A stretch of DNA of 64,000 bases from Patescibacteria group bacterium. GTDB taxonomy: Bacteria > Patescibacteriota > Minisyncoccia > Minisyncoccales > UBA5738. Location of the stretch: NCBI GenBank assembly GCA_034678605.1, contig JAXDBQ010000032.1:40265-104264 (forward strand). The letters run 5' to 3'. Positions 8,966 to 18,204 of the stretch are shown here, piece after piece (the first letter of the stretch is position 1; every line of letters starts with the position of its first letter). The position numbers and the translations under genes were made by a program. Under the pieces are notes generated by a model, which saw only the letters and a list, made by a program, of their open reading frames with translations, was not told where the DNA came from and searched no databases.

Positions 8966-9724
8966 TTACCGTTTTTCGATTGGTCTTTCGGTTGTAGCCA
9001 GCGATATTGATTCCATTATTTTATCGACTTCCTGTAAAATTAATGAATCGCTGTTTTGCAAAATTGTGGTAATAATATATATATTATTACCGTTTGTGAT
9101 GATTGCGCTTTTTAATATTAAATTCGTGGCAATATTAGGCGATAACTCAACCAAATCATATTTTATTTCGATCGTTGGGATTATTTGTTCCCCTTTTATT
9201 AACTCTGATTGGGTGATTTTAGCGGCAACGCCTTTTTCTTGGATGTTTTTTTTGTATTGTTCAATAATCGCTTCAGTGCTTGTTGAGTACGATTCTTCCA
9301 CTGTTAAATAATTGATTGCAATTGATGCTGATGAGAGGATGTTTATTTTTTGCGCTGAAAAAAATAATTTGCCGTTGTTGTTGCTTATTTCGGCTTGATT
9401 TGCAATTTCCTGCCAGTCGGAGGGGTAGTCGAAGGAGAAAGAGCTGTCCGGGGCGGTGTAGGTTTTGGTGGAGGTGGCGGCGGAGTCGTTGGCGGCGGCG
9501 GAGTTTTGCTGGTTTTGGGTTTGATTTTGCAATTGGCCTTGGATTTGGCCCATCATTTGGCTCAATTGGTCGTTGGCGTTGGGCATGTTAGTCAATTCTT
9601 GGGGCAGGCCGAATTGCAGGTTTTTCACGTTGGTCTGGAATTGCTGATATTGCCACATCGTGGAGCCCACCAAAAAGGCGATCATTACGAACACGCCGAT
9701 AAGATATAGTTGAACCAATTTCAT
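8966..9724 (-). CDS. Bitopic membrane protein with Q/N-rich linker and C-terminal globular domain (VirB8-like position), hypothetical
   Basis: 252 aa; TM LYLIGVFVMIAFLVGSTMW, then QNQTQNQQNSAAANDSAATST low-complexity, then about 150-aa domain. Confidence 0.45.
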   Translation of the reverse strand: MKLVQLYLIGVFVMIAFLVGSTMWQYQQFQTNVKNLQFGLPQELTNMPNANDQLSQMMGQIQGQLQNQTQNQQNSAAANDSAATSTKTYTAPDSSFSFDYPSDWQEIANQAEISNNNGKLFFSAQKINILSSASIAINYLTVEESYSTSTEAIIEQYKKNIQEKGVAAKITQSELIKGEQIIPTIEIKYDLVELSPNIATNLILKSAIITNGNNIYIITTILQNSDSLILQEVDKIMESISLATTERPIEKR

Positions 9725-9960
9725 AGTAGTAAAATCAATATCGAATGTCGAATATCGAAATCCGAAACAATATCGAATATCAAAATTTTCAATATCAAAG
9801 GGAAAACAGGGGGCGAAATTTTATTTGCGAAAATCAAACAGCCAAATCAATATCGAATGTCGAATATCGAAATCCGAAACAATATCGAATATCAAAATTT
9901 TCAATATCAAAACGAAAACGGGATTTTAATTCAATACAATTAACGCAAAATTAACGCGGA
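9725..9960. repeat. Family-1 palindromic element containing an internal 65-bp direct duplication (period about 116 bp)
   Basis: caatatcgaatgtcgaatatcgaaatccgaaacaatatcgaatatcaaaattttcaatatcaaa occurs twice; only 2 long copies, so not CRISPR. Confidence 0.7.
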
Positions 9961-9972
9961 ATCAATACAAAA

Positions 9973-10335
9973 TCAGTCGGATTTTCTGACGATTGAACCA
10001 AAAATTTTCATCAATTCTTCGGCTTCTCGCAAAAGAATATTTTGTTCTTTTGCCAATTCTTGATTATTGCCATTATCGATCAATTTCAACCAATAACAAG
10101 TTTCTTTGGCTTCTTTGCGGCTGATTTTAACGCGCATATTGAAATCTTTTTTGCTCAACGCTTCGTTGGCTTCGATGTAATTGGCCCCGATTGATCCGGA
10201 AGATCGAGCGAGCTGTTTGATGTCTTCCAAATTTGAAACCGTGCGCGGCAATTTTTTCAAAAACAATCTTGTGTTTTTCGCGAACAAATAAGTTCTTTTT
10301 TCCAAGTTGTATGGTTTTGAATTTGTTTCAGTCAT
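9973..10335 (-). CDS. Four-helix-bundle protein (23S rRNA intervening-sequence protein family)
   Basis: GSIGANYIEANEALSKKDF...ISRKEAKETCYWLKL hallmark; 120 aa; flanked on both sides by family-1 repeats. Confidence 0.8.
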   Translation of the reverse strand: MTETNSKPYNLEKRTYLFAKNTRLFLKKLPRTVSNLEDIKQLARSSGSIGANYIEANEALSKKDFNMRVKISRKEAKETCYWLKLIDNGNNQELAKEQNILLREAEELMKIFGSIVRKSD

Positions 10336-10395
10336 TTGATATTTGAAAATTCGATATTGTTTCGATATTCGAAATTCGATATTCGGATTTGTGTT
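10336..10395. repeat. Family-1 repeat fragment
   Basis: aaaattcgatattgtttcgatattcgaaattcgatattcggattt. Confidence 0.6.
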
Positions 10396-12924
10396 TTAGA
10401 TTTGCCACCATGTTCCCGAGTAGCCGAACAGCGACAGGAATACGCCCACGATCAGCCAGGCAAAGAACAGCAGGCCGTAGCCGATGCCGATTAGTTTCCA
10501 CCAGGAGATGACTTTTTGCTTTAAATCGGGCGTGGAAAAATTGGTGAAAAATATTCCGGCGGTGGCAAGCCCCAAAATGGGCAAAAGCCAAAACGACATT
10601 TGGAACAAGAATAAATTAATGATCTGCATCGCGTTGAGCAAAAGGTGCTTTGCGCCGCATTTTTCGCGGTCATCCCATTCGGTGTTGGGGTTGTCGTTGG
10701 TCATGCCGCACACGGCCATCACTGCCTGCCCTTTTTTGATTTCTTGGCCGCCGGCCACAAAATCAAAGCTCCAAATTTCGGGCGTGGCGCCCGCGTCTTT
10801 GCATTGCGCGTCCAAGCAGGCCAGCACGCTCCATTGGTATTTGCCCAAGCAGAACATCTGGTCGATGTCGTTGTCCACCATTATCGAAGTGTCTTTGACG
10901 ATCTTTTCCACTTTGGGCCCGGGAGCGCAATCTTTATTGGTTTCCTTTTCCGAAACCTCTTTGTATTCCAAGGCGACTTTGTAATAATGCGCGCCGGCCA
11001 CCGGCTGCCACGATAGGTTGTAAGCGATTTGGCTGTTGTCCAGCGTGCTGCTGGCATTGGCCGGCGTTTTGGAGGCACCCAGGGCCGCGGTGGCAAACGA
11101 AAATTCCGGGCCGGCCGGGCCGCAAAGCGCGGCGCTGGCGTCGGCGCAGGTTTGCACTTTCCATTTATAGGATTGTTTTTGGTTGATGGTCGGATAGTCC
11201 AGGGTGTATTGGTTGGTAGCAGTTGTGATCTTTTGGCCGCCAAAATCCAAAATATAGGCCTTGGCGCCGGCAACCGCTTCCCATTGCAATTCAACCGGCA
11301 TGGCTACATCTTTGGCATTGTTGGTCGGTTGCATGGACGCGGTTTTGGGCGCGCGGCCGGTGGTGCGAAAATACCACCAGTCCGACCACGGCTCGTTGCA
11401 CACCTCGCCCACCGGAATTGCCGGCCAGCAGGACTTGGCGCGCCATTTGTAGGCCGTGTCCAATTCCAGTTCGATGTTTTGTTCTTCGCCTTTGGAATTA
11501 TTGGCGTTGCCTTTGGTGAAAAGCACTTGCGAAGTGGTCACGCGGCGTTCGCCGTTGACCAATGAGGTCGCGCCGGCGCCGGAAATTTTTTGAATGTCAT
11601 AGCCATAGGAATTGGCGCCGTTGGGCGCTTGCCATTGCAGGCGGCCGGGAAGTTCGGTGAGCTTGGCGTTTTGGTTGTCGGCATAATTGTTGTCGTTTCC
11701 CGGCGACAAAAGCGCGGGCGCGGGAACGGTTTCGTTTTTATCGGTGAAGGTCCACAACTGCCCCCAATATTTGTCGCTTTGGGTGTTGCAGTTTTCGTCG
11801 CCGGCATTGGTATTGTTGAAACAGCGCCGCAATTGCCAGTAATAGGTGTTGTTTTTGGTGAACAGCGCCCGGTCGGTGTTGGGCAATTGAAGGTGCGACC
11901 ACCAATAGCAATCGATAGCGGGGTTGTTGGCCAAGCATTTAACGTTTCTTGGGGTTTTGGCCTTGATGGGATTGACTACGTCGGCCTTGCAGGTGTTGTT
12001 GGTTTGTTTTTCCAGATAATGGCAGGCCAGCGGGTTTTTCAGCGCCGGCGTGTCTTTTTTGAGCCAATTGGCCAAGTCGCTGAATTTGGCCGGGATTTGC
12101 GCGCCGGTGAGCACCAATTGGTTTTCGTTGGTGTAGACGCGCATTTGGTATGACAGCGAATAGGGCTCGTTTTCGTTATAGGGCTGTTTTTCTTTTGAGA
12201 CCTGCGCGTGGCACCAATCCAGCCGCAGGTTTTTGTAGGAAATATTTTTGGCGCCGGCCGGGCCGTTCCAATCGGGATCGTCAAAATTTATCGGTTCGGG
12301 CGCCGGGCTGGTGCGAAAGGTCCACCAAGTGGCGTTTTCTTCGGGCTGGCAATAGGAGCCGTTTTCCTTGCAACACGGCCGCACGCGCCAACGGATGGTT
12401 TTGTCGGAGTTGTAAAAGCAGGGGTAATACAAATCCCGAGCGTTGAACTCGTTGGTGGTGAGGATTCGGCGGAAAATGCCGCCTTTGCTTTCGTCGTCGT
12501 TTAGTTCGCCGTTTTTGTTTTCGATCTCCAAAAGATAGGAGCGCGCGCCATAGGCCTTGGAGGTGGCGGCTTGGTTGCCCTGGCGGCCGTCCCATTCCCA
12601 ATGGTATTGGCCGTTTTCCAATTGCCACAAGGCGATGTGATCCCAGGCCAGCACCACCGGCAAAGTAACTTCGTTTTCGTTGGCTTGTTTGGTTTTGTTC
12701 ACCGGATCATCCAAGTAATAATGGCCGGGCGGGGTTTTTAAACAAGCGTTGGCGCAAATGCAGGTGGTCACGTCAACTTCCACCACATTGGTCATGGATT
12801 GTTTTTGTTCGGGCTGGCATTGAATGCCGCCGGCGATTGTGGCGCCGCAACCGCTTTCGGCGATCGCCGCCGCCGGCGCGATCAACGCCAGCGCCAGCGC
12901 GAGTTTGAAAAAATTGGTTTTCAT
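10396..12924 (-). CDS. Giant secreted surface protein: signal peptide, tandem FN3-like disulfide-containing repeats, C-terminal VirB2/TrbC-like two-TM pilin domain
   Basis: 842 aa; signal MKTNFFKLALALALIAPAAAIA; about 6 repeats with Y.W.V..C....C....W.F.T signature; C-terminus LLPILGLATAGIFF...KLIGIGYGLLFFAWLIVGVF is paralogous to the C-terminus of 13136..16084. Confidence 0.7.
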   Translation of the reverse strand: MKTNFFKLALALALIAPAAAIAESGCGATIAGGIQCQPEQKQSMTNVVEVDVTTCICANACLKTPPGHYYLDDPVNKTKQANENEVTLPVVLAWDHIALWQLENGQYHWEWDGRQGNQAATSKAYGARSYLLEIENKNGELNDDESKGGIFRRILTTNEFNARDLYYPCFYNSDKTIRWRVRPCCKENGSYCQPEENATWWTFRTSPAPEPINFDDPDWNGPAGAKNISYKNLRLDWCHAQVSKEKQPYNENEPYSLSYQMRVYTNENQLVLTGAQIPAKFSDLANWLKKDTPALKNPLACHYLEKQTNNTCKADVVNPIKAKTPRNVKCLANNPAIDCYWWSHLQLPNTDRALFTKNNTYYWQLRRCFNNTNAGDENCNTQSDKYWGQLWTFTDKNETVPAPALLSPGNDNNYADNQNAKLTELPGRLQWQAPNGANSYGYDIQKISGAGATSLVNGERRVTTSQVLFTKGNANNSKGEEQNIELELDTAYKWRAKSCWPAIPVGEVCNEPWSDWWYFRTTGRAPKTASMQPTNNAKDVAMPVELQWEAVAGAKAYILDFGGQKITTATNQYTLDYPTINQKQSYKWKVQTCADASAALCGPAGPEFSFATAALGASKTPANASSTLDNSQIAYNLSWQPVAGAHYYKVALEYKEVSEKETNKDCAPGPKVEKIVKDTSIMVDNDIDQMFCLGKYQWSVLACLDAQCKDAGATPEIWSFDFVAGGQEIKKGQAVMAVCGMTNDNPNTEWDDREKCGAKHLLLNAMQIINLFLFQMSFWLLPILGLATAGIFFTNFSTPDLKQKVISWWKLIGIGYGLLFFAWLIVGVFLSLFGYSGTWWQI

Positions 12925-13049
12925 TTTATTTTTGTTTTTTGTTTCAATTTAATTATATCGCTTAAAAATCAAAACCGCAATTTTGAAACAAATTTAATCA
13001 ATTGCCGGGACAAGACGAACGTTAGTATTTGGATTCAAATGCTGTTGAC

Positions 13050-13088
13050 GGGGTCTAACCGCCCGCGAGTACTCGGGGGTTAGACCCC
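13050..13088. other. GGGGTCTAACC...GGTTAGACCCC hairpin element (family 5), reverse orientation
   Basis: 11-bp perfect stem with palindromic loop; related copies at 31381 and 60383. Confidence 0.55.
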
Positions 13089-13135
13089 AAAAAATGCTAA
13101 TACTCGGTTTGCTTTGACAAGCTATTGCTATAAAA

Positions 13136-16084
13136 TCACAATAGCGCGTTCCAGCTGGCGGCGGCGCTGTAGCCGGCAAATTGCATTAATAGTGAAACGA
13201 TGATCCAGGCGAAGATCAAGATCAAATAGCCGATGCCGATCTTGCGCCAGGTGTCTTTAATTTCGGCCAAAAGCTTTGATTTGTCTTGTGCCAGATAAAA
13301 AATTCCGCCGGTGATCGCGCCGGCGATTGGCAACAGCATCAACGCCAATTTGAAGATCACAAAATTAATGATCACCTTGGCCAGCAAAAACAAATGTTTT
13401 ATTTGGCAGGGCTCTTTTTCGTTGTATTCGGGCGTGTTGATTTTGTCGTCATAGTTTTGGCCGCAAACCATCAAGCCGGCGGTTTGTTTTTTTTCGATGA
13501 TCGAAAATGTTTGGGTGGCTTTTTTCGCGCCCGAACTCAATGATTTGCATTGGGAATCAAACGCCGGCTGAACCGAAAAGGAATATTGGCCGCCGCAATA
13601 TTGCGAGCTGCCGGTCTCTTTTGATTTGATCGCCAAACTGGTGCCGGCAACGCATTTTTCTTTATACTCATCGTTGAACCATTTTGGATCGCAACTGGTG
13701 CTGTCTTCGCCGCCGGCCACTTGAACGCTCACTTGATAATATTTGGCCGCGCCGCTCCAGCTCAAGCTTGGCGGAAGCTGGTTGATTTGATCTTCTGGCG
13801 CCAATCCCGTTGGCTTGTCAAAGTCCGCGGTTTTGAACGGCAGGATGTTGGTTTTGGCCGCACCGCAAATTTGTCCGGCCGCGTCGGCGCAAGTTTTCAC
13901 CGTCCAGTCGTATTTTTGATCAAAGGCCGAATAGTTAAACGAATATTGCGCGGCGGTGAGTACCAATTCGTTTTTGGGCGCGTCCGGGCCGGTGATCTTG
14001 ACGCGATAAGAACCGGCGCCGGGAACGCTTTCCCATTCGAGCGCGGCCGTGGGTGCGCTGGTTTTGGCGGTGGCGGTGAGCGGCGGACGGCCGGTGGTGT
14101 AAAAATAATTTGCCGGGCTCAACGACTTGCTGCAAATTTCATCGATCTTTTTGTTGGCCATGGGTATTGACGGCCAGCAGGATTTGACTTGCCATTGGTA
14201 GAGCGTGTCGAGTTTTAATTTTACCCGTCCGGGGTCGTTTTCTTGCGCCGGATCTTTGTCGGTTGTTAATGATATTAAAATTTGCGACACGGTCGCGCGC
14301 CGGCCTTGGTCGGCGGTATAAGTTTTATCTTTCTCAAAGATGCTGGCGCCGGTCTTGGCGTCTTTGATGTCGTAAAGGAAAGAGTTGGCGCCGCAGGGGG
14401 CCGTCCATTGAATGCTTCCGCCCTCTCCCACCAATCCCACCGGATCGCGGTTGCTTTTGTTTTTGTTGTTTGGCGGCGCCAACGGCGCGGGCGCGGTCAA
14501 ATTGGTGTCGGTGAACTTTTCGCCGGAGAATTTCCATTTTTGGCCGTAATCTTCATTATTGTAAGTGGCGCAAAACGGGAATTGCTTTTCGTCACCTTTT
14601 TTACCGGAAATGACATCAAAGCAAACTTTGGTTTGCCAAGAATAGATAAGATTCCCGTCGGCGTTGCCGGAAAAAAGGTTGCGGATCTTTTCTTGGTCAA
14701 AATACGGATGGAAATTCTGGTTTGGCTCAATAATCTCTTTTAAGTAGCTTGTGAACGGCACGCTTTCCGGTCTGCAGGTGCCGTCGTTTTGCAGTTCCAA
14801 ATAGTGGCACGACTCGCCGTCGCGTTGGCTTTCGGGCTGGTTGAAGGCGTTGAGGGCTTTGTTTTTCACTCCGGCCAATGATTTTGAAAGGTAATCGGAA
14901 AAGGCCTGGCTCAAATTGTTTGACCAAGAGCTGCTTGATAGCGTTTTTTGCATTATTGATTGGTAGTCCGACGGGCTTGTCCCGCCGATACTTCCCAAAA
15001 GATCCATCAGCGACCATGTTTCATTGAATTTAACGCGCATCTGATAATTGGCGGCATAATCAGCTTGGCTGGCATTATATTTTTTTGAGAAACGCGCGTT
15101 GTCGTCGGTCATCAATTTGGCTTTGCACCAATAGGGCTTGGCACTGCAAAAATGAACATCGGTTAATTTATCCGGGCCGTTCCAATCGGGGTCTTGGGTT
15201 GGATTCTTTTTGTTCGGGTGATTGTTGTCAACAATTCCCAGCGGTTCGGGTCCCGGGCCGGTGGTGAATGTCCACCACCCTTCGTCGTTTCCCATGGGTT
15301 TGCAGGTTGATTCTTCGCCGTTGGCGTCGCAGCAAGGTCGCACGCGCCATTGGTAGGCGGTGTTGGTGTTAAAAAAACATGCTCCCCCGTCCTCGCGGGA
15401 ATTAAACCCATCATTGATGCCGTCGTTATTTTTGTCGGCGATCACTTTGAAAAATATTTTGCCGCCGCCCAGCGCCTCGATGTTGTTGGGGTTGATGGTT
15501 TTGTCAATGTGCAGATTCGCGTCGCCGTTTTTGTATTCCTCATATTTGATCTCCACCCGGTAGCTTTGCGGGCCGCTGTCCACTTTTGTCGGTCCGTTTT
15601 TATATATCGGCGTTTTGTAAGGGTCTTTGTTTTTCCAACCGGCAATATCGTTCCATGCCAAAACCACCGGCAAAGTGATTTGGTTTGATTTTGTTTGCCG
15701 GGTATGATTTTTGGGATCGTCATAATACAAGGGGTTGGCGCTTGAATCAAACGGGGCTTCCAAGCATTCTTTTTCGCATTTGCACACGCCATAGTCGCTG
15801 CCGGTTTTGGCGACTTGCCAATCTTTGCAATATTGCATTGGTGGCCGGATGATCTTGCATTCTCCCGGCTTGCCTCCGGGAACTTCTCTTAATTCTTTTA
15901 TGAGCGAGCTTTTTCCATTTTGGTTGTGGCATTTACTATCATTGATTTGCTCTTCGTAATATTTTATATGTCCCGAACATGCTTTAGCTTCATTGCTAAA
16001 ACCAAAAATTATTACTGTTGAAAACAGCATAATCGAAAACGCGCGGAAAAAAATAGTTTGATTGCTTTTTAAAAATCGGGTCAT
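13136..16084 (-). CDS. Giant secreted surface protein, paralog of 10396..12924 (FN3-like Cys repeats plus C-terminal VirB2-like pilin domain)
   Basis: Track ORF 13136..16120; likely start MTRFLK at 16084; shared motifs RVRPCC...WWTFTTGPGPEP, DPDWNGP; C-terminus KHLFLLAKVIINF...LLPIAGAITGGIFY...KIGIGYLILIFAWIIVSLL. Confidence 0.7.
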   Translation of the reverse strand: MTRFLKSNQTIFFRAFSIMLFSTVIIFGFSNEAKACSGHIKYYEEQINDSKCHNQNGKSSLIKELREVPGGKPGECKIIRPPMQYCKDWQVAKTGSDYGVCKCEKECLEAPFDSSANPLYYDDPKNHTRQTKSNQITLPVVLAWNDIAGWKNKDPYKTPIYKNGPTKVDSGPQSYRVEIKYEEYKNGDANLHIDKTINPNNIEALGGGKIFFKVIADKNNDGINDGFNSREDGGACFFNTNTAYQWRVRPCCDANGEESTCKPMGNDEGWWTFTTGPGPEPLGIVDNNHPNKKNPTQDPDWNGPDKLTDVHFCSAKPYWCKAKLMTDDNARFSKKYNASQADYAANYQMRVKFNETWSLMDLLGSIGGTSPSDYQSIMQKTLSSSSWSNNLSQAFSDYLSKSLAGVKNKALNAFNQPESQRDGESCHYLELQNDGTCRPESVPFTSYLKEIIEPNQNFHPYFDQEKIRNLFSGNADGNLIYSWQTKVCFDVISGKKGDEKQFPFCATYNNEDYGQKWKFSGEKFTDTNLTAPAPLAPPNNKNKSNRDPVGLVGEGGSIQWTAPCGANSFLYDIKDAKTGASIFEKDKTYTADQGRRATVSQILISLTTDKDPAQENDPGRVKLKLDTLYQWQVKSCWPSIPMANKKIDEICSKSLSPANYFYTTGRPPLTATAKTSAPTAALEWESVPGAGSYRVKITGPDAPKNELVLTAAQYSFNYSAFDQKYDWTVKTCADAAGQICGAAKTNILPFKTADFDKPTGLAPEDQINQLPPSLSWSGAAKYYQVSVQVAGGEDSTSCDPKWFNDEYKEKCVAGTSLAIKSKETGSSQYCGGQYSFSVQPAFDSQCKSLSSGAKKATQTFSIIEKKQTAGLMVCGQNYDDKINTPEYNEKEPCQIKHLFLLAKVIINFVIFKLALMLLPIAGAITGGIFYLAQDKSKLLAEIKDTWRKIGIGYLILIFAWIIVSLLMQFAGYSAAASWNALL

Positions 16085-16091
16085 TAGATAA

Positions 16092-16910
16092 TTATAATTC
16101 AAAAGAGCGGGCAAGGCCAATCCAATTTTCCACGGCCAGGTCTTGCGCCCGGCAATTTCGCGGCAGATCGTTTTTGGCCAGCCATTCGATTGCTCGTTCG
16201 CGGCTGATATTCAAGCCGCCGGCCAGATTGCCGGCCAATTGTTTGCGCGGGTGGGCAAAGCCGGCTTTGGCGATCTTAAAGAACCGATCGATGAATTCTT
16301 TTTTGCACCCCTCCCCTGCTTTCGGAAACAGGTCGAGGCGCAGGATCGCGCTGTCGACTTTGGGCACGGGCCAAAAACAGCCGCGCGAAATTTGGCCGAT
16401 GATATTTGGCGCGGCATAGAACTGCACCGACAATGCCAACAAGTTCATTCGCGGCGGCTGGGCGCAAATTCTTTGCGCCACTTCTTTTTGCGCGATCACC
16501 GCCATTGATCGCGGCGGATTGCCGCTTTCCAAGAATTTGCGGATCATGGGCGCGGCGGCGTAGAAAGGCAAATTGGCAACGATCTTATAAGGCGGGATGA
16601 TCTTGCTTTCGTTGAATTTGAGCGCGTCGGCATTGATGATCTCGACATTTATCGCGTCGGCGAATTCTTTTCCGAGGATTGCGGCCAGCTCGCGGTCTTT
16701 TTCCACGGCAATCACGCGGTTGCCGGTTTTGGCCAATTCCCGCGTCAAATTGCCGGTGCCCGGGCCGATCTCCAAAATCGTTTGGTTATCTCCAAGCTCG
16801 GCGGCGGCGATCAATTTTTTGATCACGCCGATTTGGTTCAAAAAATTTTGCCCCAGCCGTTTTTTGGGTTTGACGGATGGTTTTTGGTCGTTTGTGTTTA
16901 TCATGATCAT
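16092..16910 (-). CDS. rsmA: 16S rRNA (adenine1518/1519-N6)-dimethyltransferase
   Basis: KKRLGQNFL, LEIGPGTGNLT SAM-binding motif; 272 aa. Confidence 0.9.
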   Translation of the reverse strand: MIMINTNDQKPSVKPKKRLGQNFLNQIGVIKKLIAAAELGDNQTILEIGPGTGNLTRELAKTGNRVIAVEKDRELAAILGKEFADAINVEIINADALKFNESKIIPPYKIVANLPFYAAAPMIRKFLESGNPPRSMAVIAQKEVAQRICAQPPRMNLLALSVQFYAAPNIIGQISRGCFWPVPKVDSAILRLDLFPKAGEGCKKEFIDRFFKIAKAGFAHPRKQLAGNLAGGLNISRERAIEWLAKNDLPRNCRAQDLAVENWIGLARSFEL

Positions 16911-17027
16911 GCGTATATGTTTATTCTATCATAATTGCAAAAAATCATGGGTCTGTTGCCAAATAGGGTTTGTAGCGAAATTTAAAGATTTCGTCTTTGG
17001 TAACAGACCCATCATTGACCCGGCAGT

Positions 17028-17098
17028 GAATTTTTGGCGGGATTTTTTTAAAAAATCAATTATCGCCAAGCGAGCCGAAAATCTACTGCCGGGTTGAC
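17028..17098. repeat. Family-4 75-bp palindromic element (cccggcagtgaatttttggc-hairpin-aattatcgccaagcgagccgaaaatctactgccggg)
   Basis: Second copy in opposite orientation at 49091..49176. Confidence 0.65.
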
Positions 17099-17133
17099 AA
17101 ATATCGCCGATCTTATAACATTATTAATGTAAA

Positions 17134-18204
17134 ATGGATATTAAGCTTCAATTAAGGAATTTTGCCAAACTTCTCCTCATCGGAGCGGTTTTGTTTACCG
17201 GATTTTTTGCCGCCTCTCATCAGGCGGTTCGTTGCGTGTCGGCCAAAAGCGAGCCGGTTTGCCAAGCCGACACCGTCGAAAGGATGTTTGCCAAGGCCGA
17301 CGATCAGCCCAAACCCGAGTCCCCGGGCTATTTGATGGCCGGCGACGCGTGCGTCAAGGCGGTTTTGCCGCCCGCGGCCATCACGCCCAAAATTTTGGGC
17401 GCGATCGTGGGCGATTCCCAGGGATATGTTCAAGAAGAGGATTCTCAAAATACCATCGTTGAATATGAAATTCAACCGGATGATACCATCGCCGGCGTGG
17501 CCCAAAAATTCGGCGTGAGTTCCGAAACCGTGGCTTGGGCCAACGATTTGGCCAAAACCGCGCCGTTAAAACCGGGGCAAAAATTGATCGTTCCGCCGGT
17601 TTCGGGCGTGATCCATTATGTGGTTTTTGGCGACACCATGGACAAAATCGCCCAATCATACAAAGCCGAAGCTGAGGAGATCGTGGCGTTCAACGAGTTG
17701 GCCGGTCAAGATGATATTTTCGTGGGTGATGTTTTGGTGGTGCCCGGCGGCCGGATCGCGCCGCCGCCGGTGGCCAAAAAGCCGGTGGCGTCAAATGCCA
17801 AATCAAGCCCGTCAAAAATCGCGTCGGCGCCGATTGGGCAAGCATTGCCGCAGAATTATTTCCTTTGCCCGGTGGGCCCGGCTTGCAAAAAAACTCAAGG
17901 GTTGCATTTTCGCAACGCGGTTGATTTGACCGGCGGTTATTGCGGCGCGCCGATCTACGCGGCGGCTTCCGGCACCGTCGCCAAAGCCAAAACCGGCTGG
18001 AACGGCGGCGCGGGCAATAACATCGCGGTCTCCCATATGGGCGGCGCGGTGATCACTCATTATTATCATTTGCAATCATTTAACGTGGCCTCCGGCCAGG
18101 AAGTCAAAAAGGGCGATGTTATCGGGTTTATGGGAAGCACCGGCAAATCGACCGGTTGCCATCTTCACTTTGAAGTGATCGGCGGAACCAATCCCTTCAA
18201 TTAA
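17134..18204 (+). CDS. LysM-repeat M23 family metallopeptidase (peptidoglycan hydrolase)
   Basis: Two LysM motifs (DTIAGVAQKFGVS, DTMDKIAQSYK); C-terminal M23 motifs HYYHLQS and HLHFEV; N-terminal TM. Confidence 0.85.
   Translation: MDIKLQLRNFAKLLLIGAVLFTGFFAASHQAVRCVSAKSEPVCQADTVERMFAKADDQPKPESPGYLMAGDACVKAVLPPAAITPKILGAIVGDSQGYVQEEDSQNTIVEYEIQPDDTIAGVAQKFGVSSETVAWANDLAKTAPLKPGQKLIVPPVSGVIHYVVFGDTMDKIAQSYKAEAEEIVAFNELAGQDDIFVGDVLVVPGGRIAPPPVAKKPVASNAKSSPSKIASAPIGQALPQNYFLCPVGPACKKTQGLHFRNAVDLTGGYCGAPIYAAASGTVAKAKTGWNGGAGNNIAVSHMGGAVITHYYHLQSFNVASGQEVKKGDVIGFMGSTGKSTGCHLHFEVIGGTNPFN

Noticed and set aside
9710-9954. ORFs 9710..9943 and 9745..9954
   Set aside because: They are translations of the palindromic repeat (the repeated NIEIRNNIEYQNFQYQ sequence).
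9725-9960. CRISPR array suspected from repeated 65-bp units
   Set aside because: Only two long copies, repeats longer than spacers, no cas genes. It belongs to the family-1 palindromic element family.
10484-16120. Many 60-190-aa ORFs on both strands inside the two giant surface-protein genes
   Set aside because: They are embedded in long uninterrupted, internally repetitive and paralogous reading frames.
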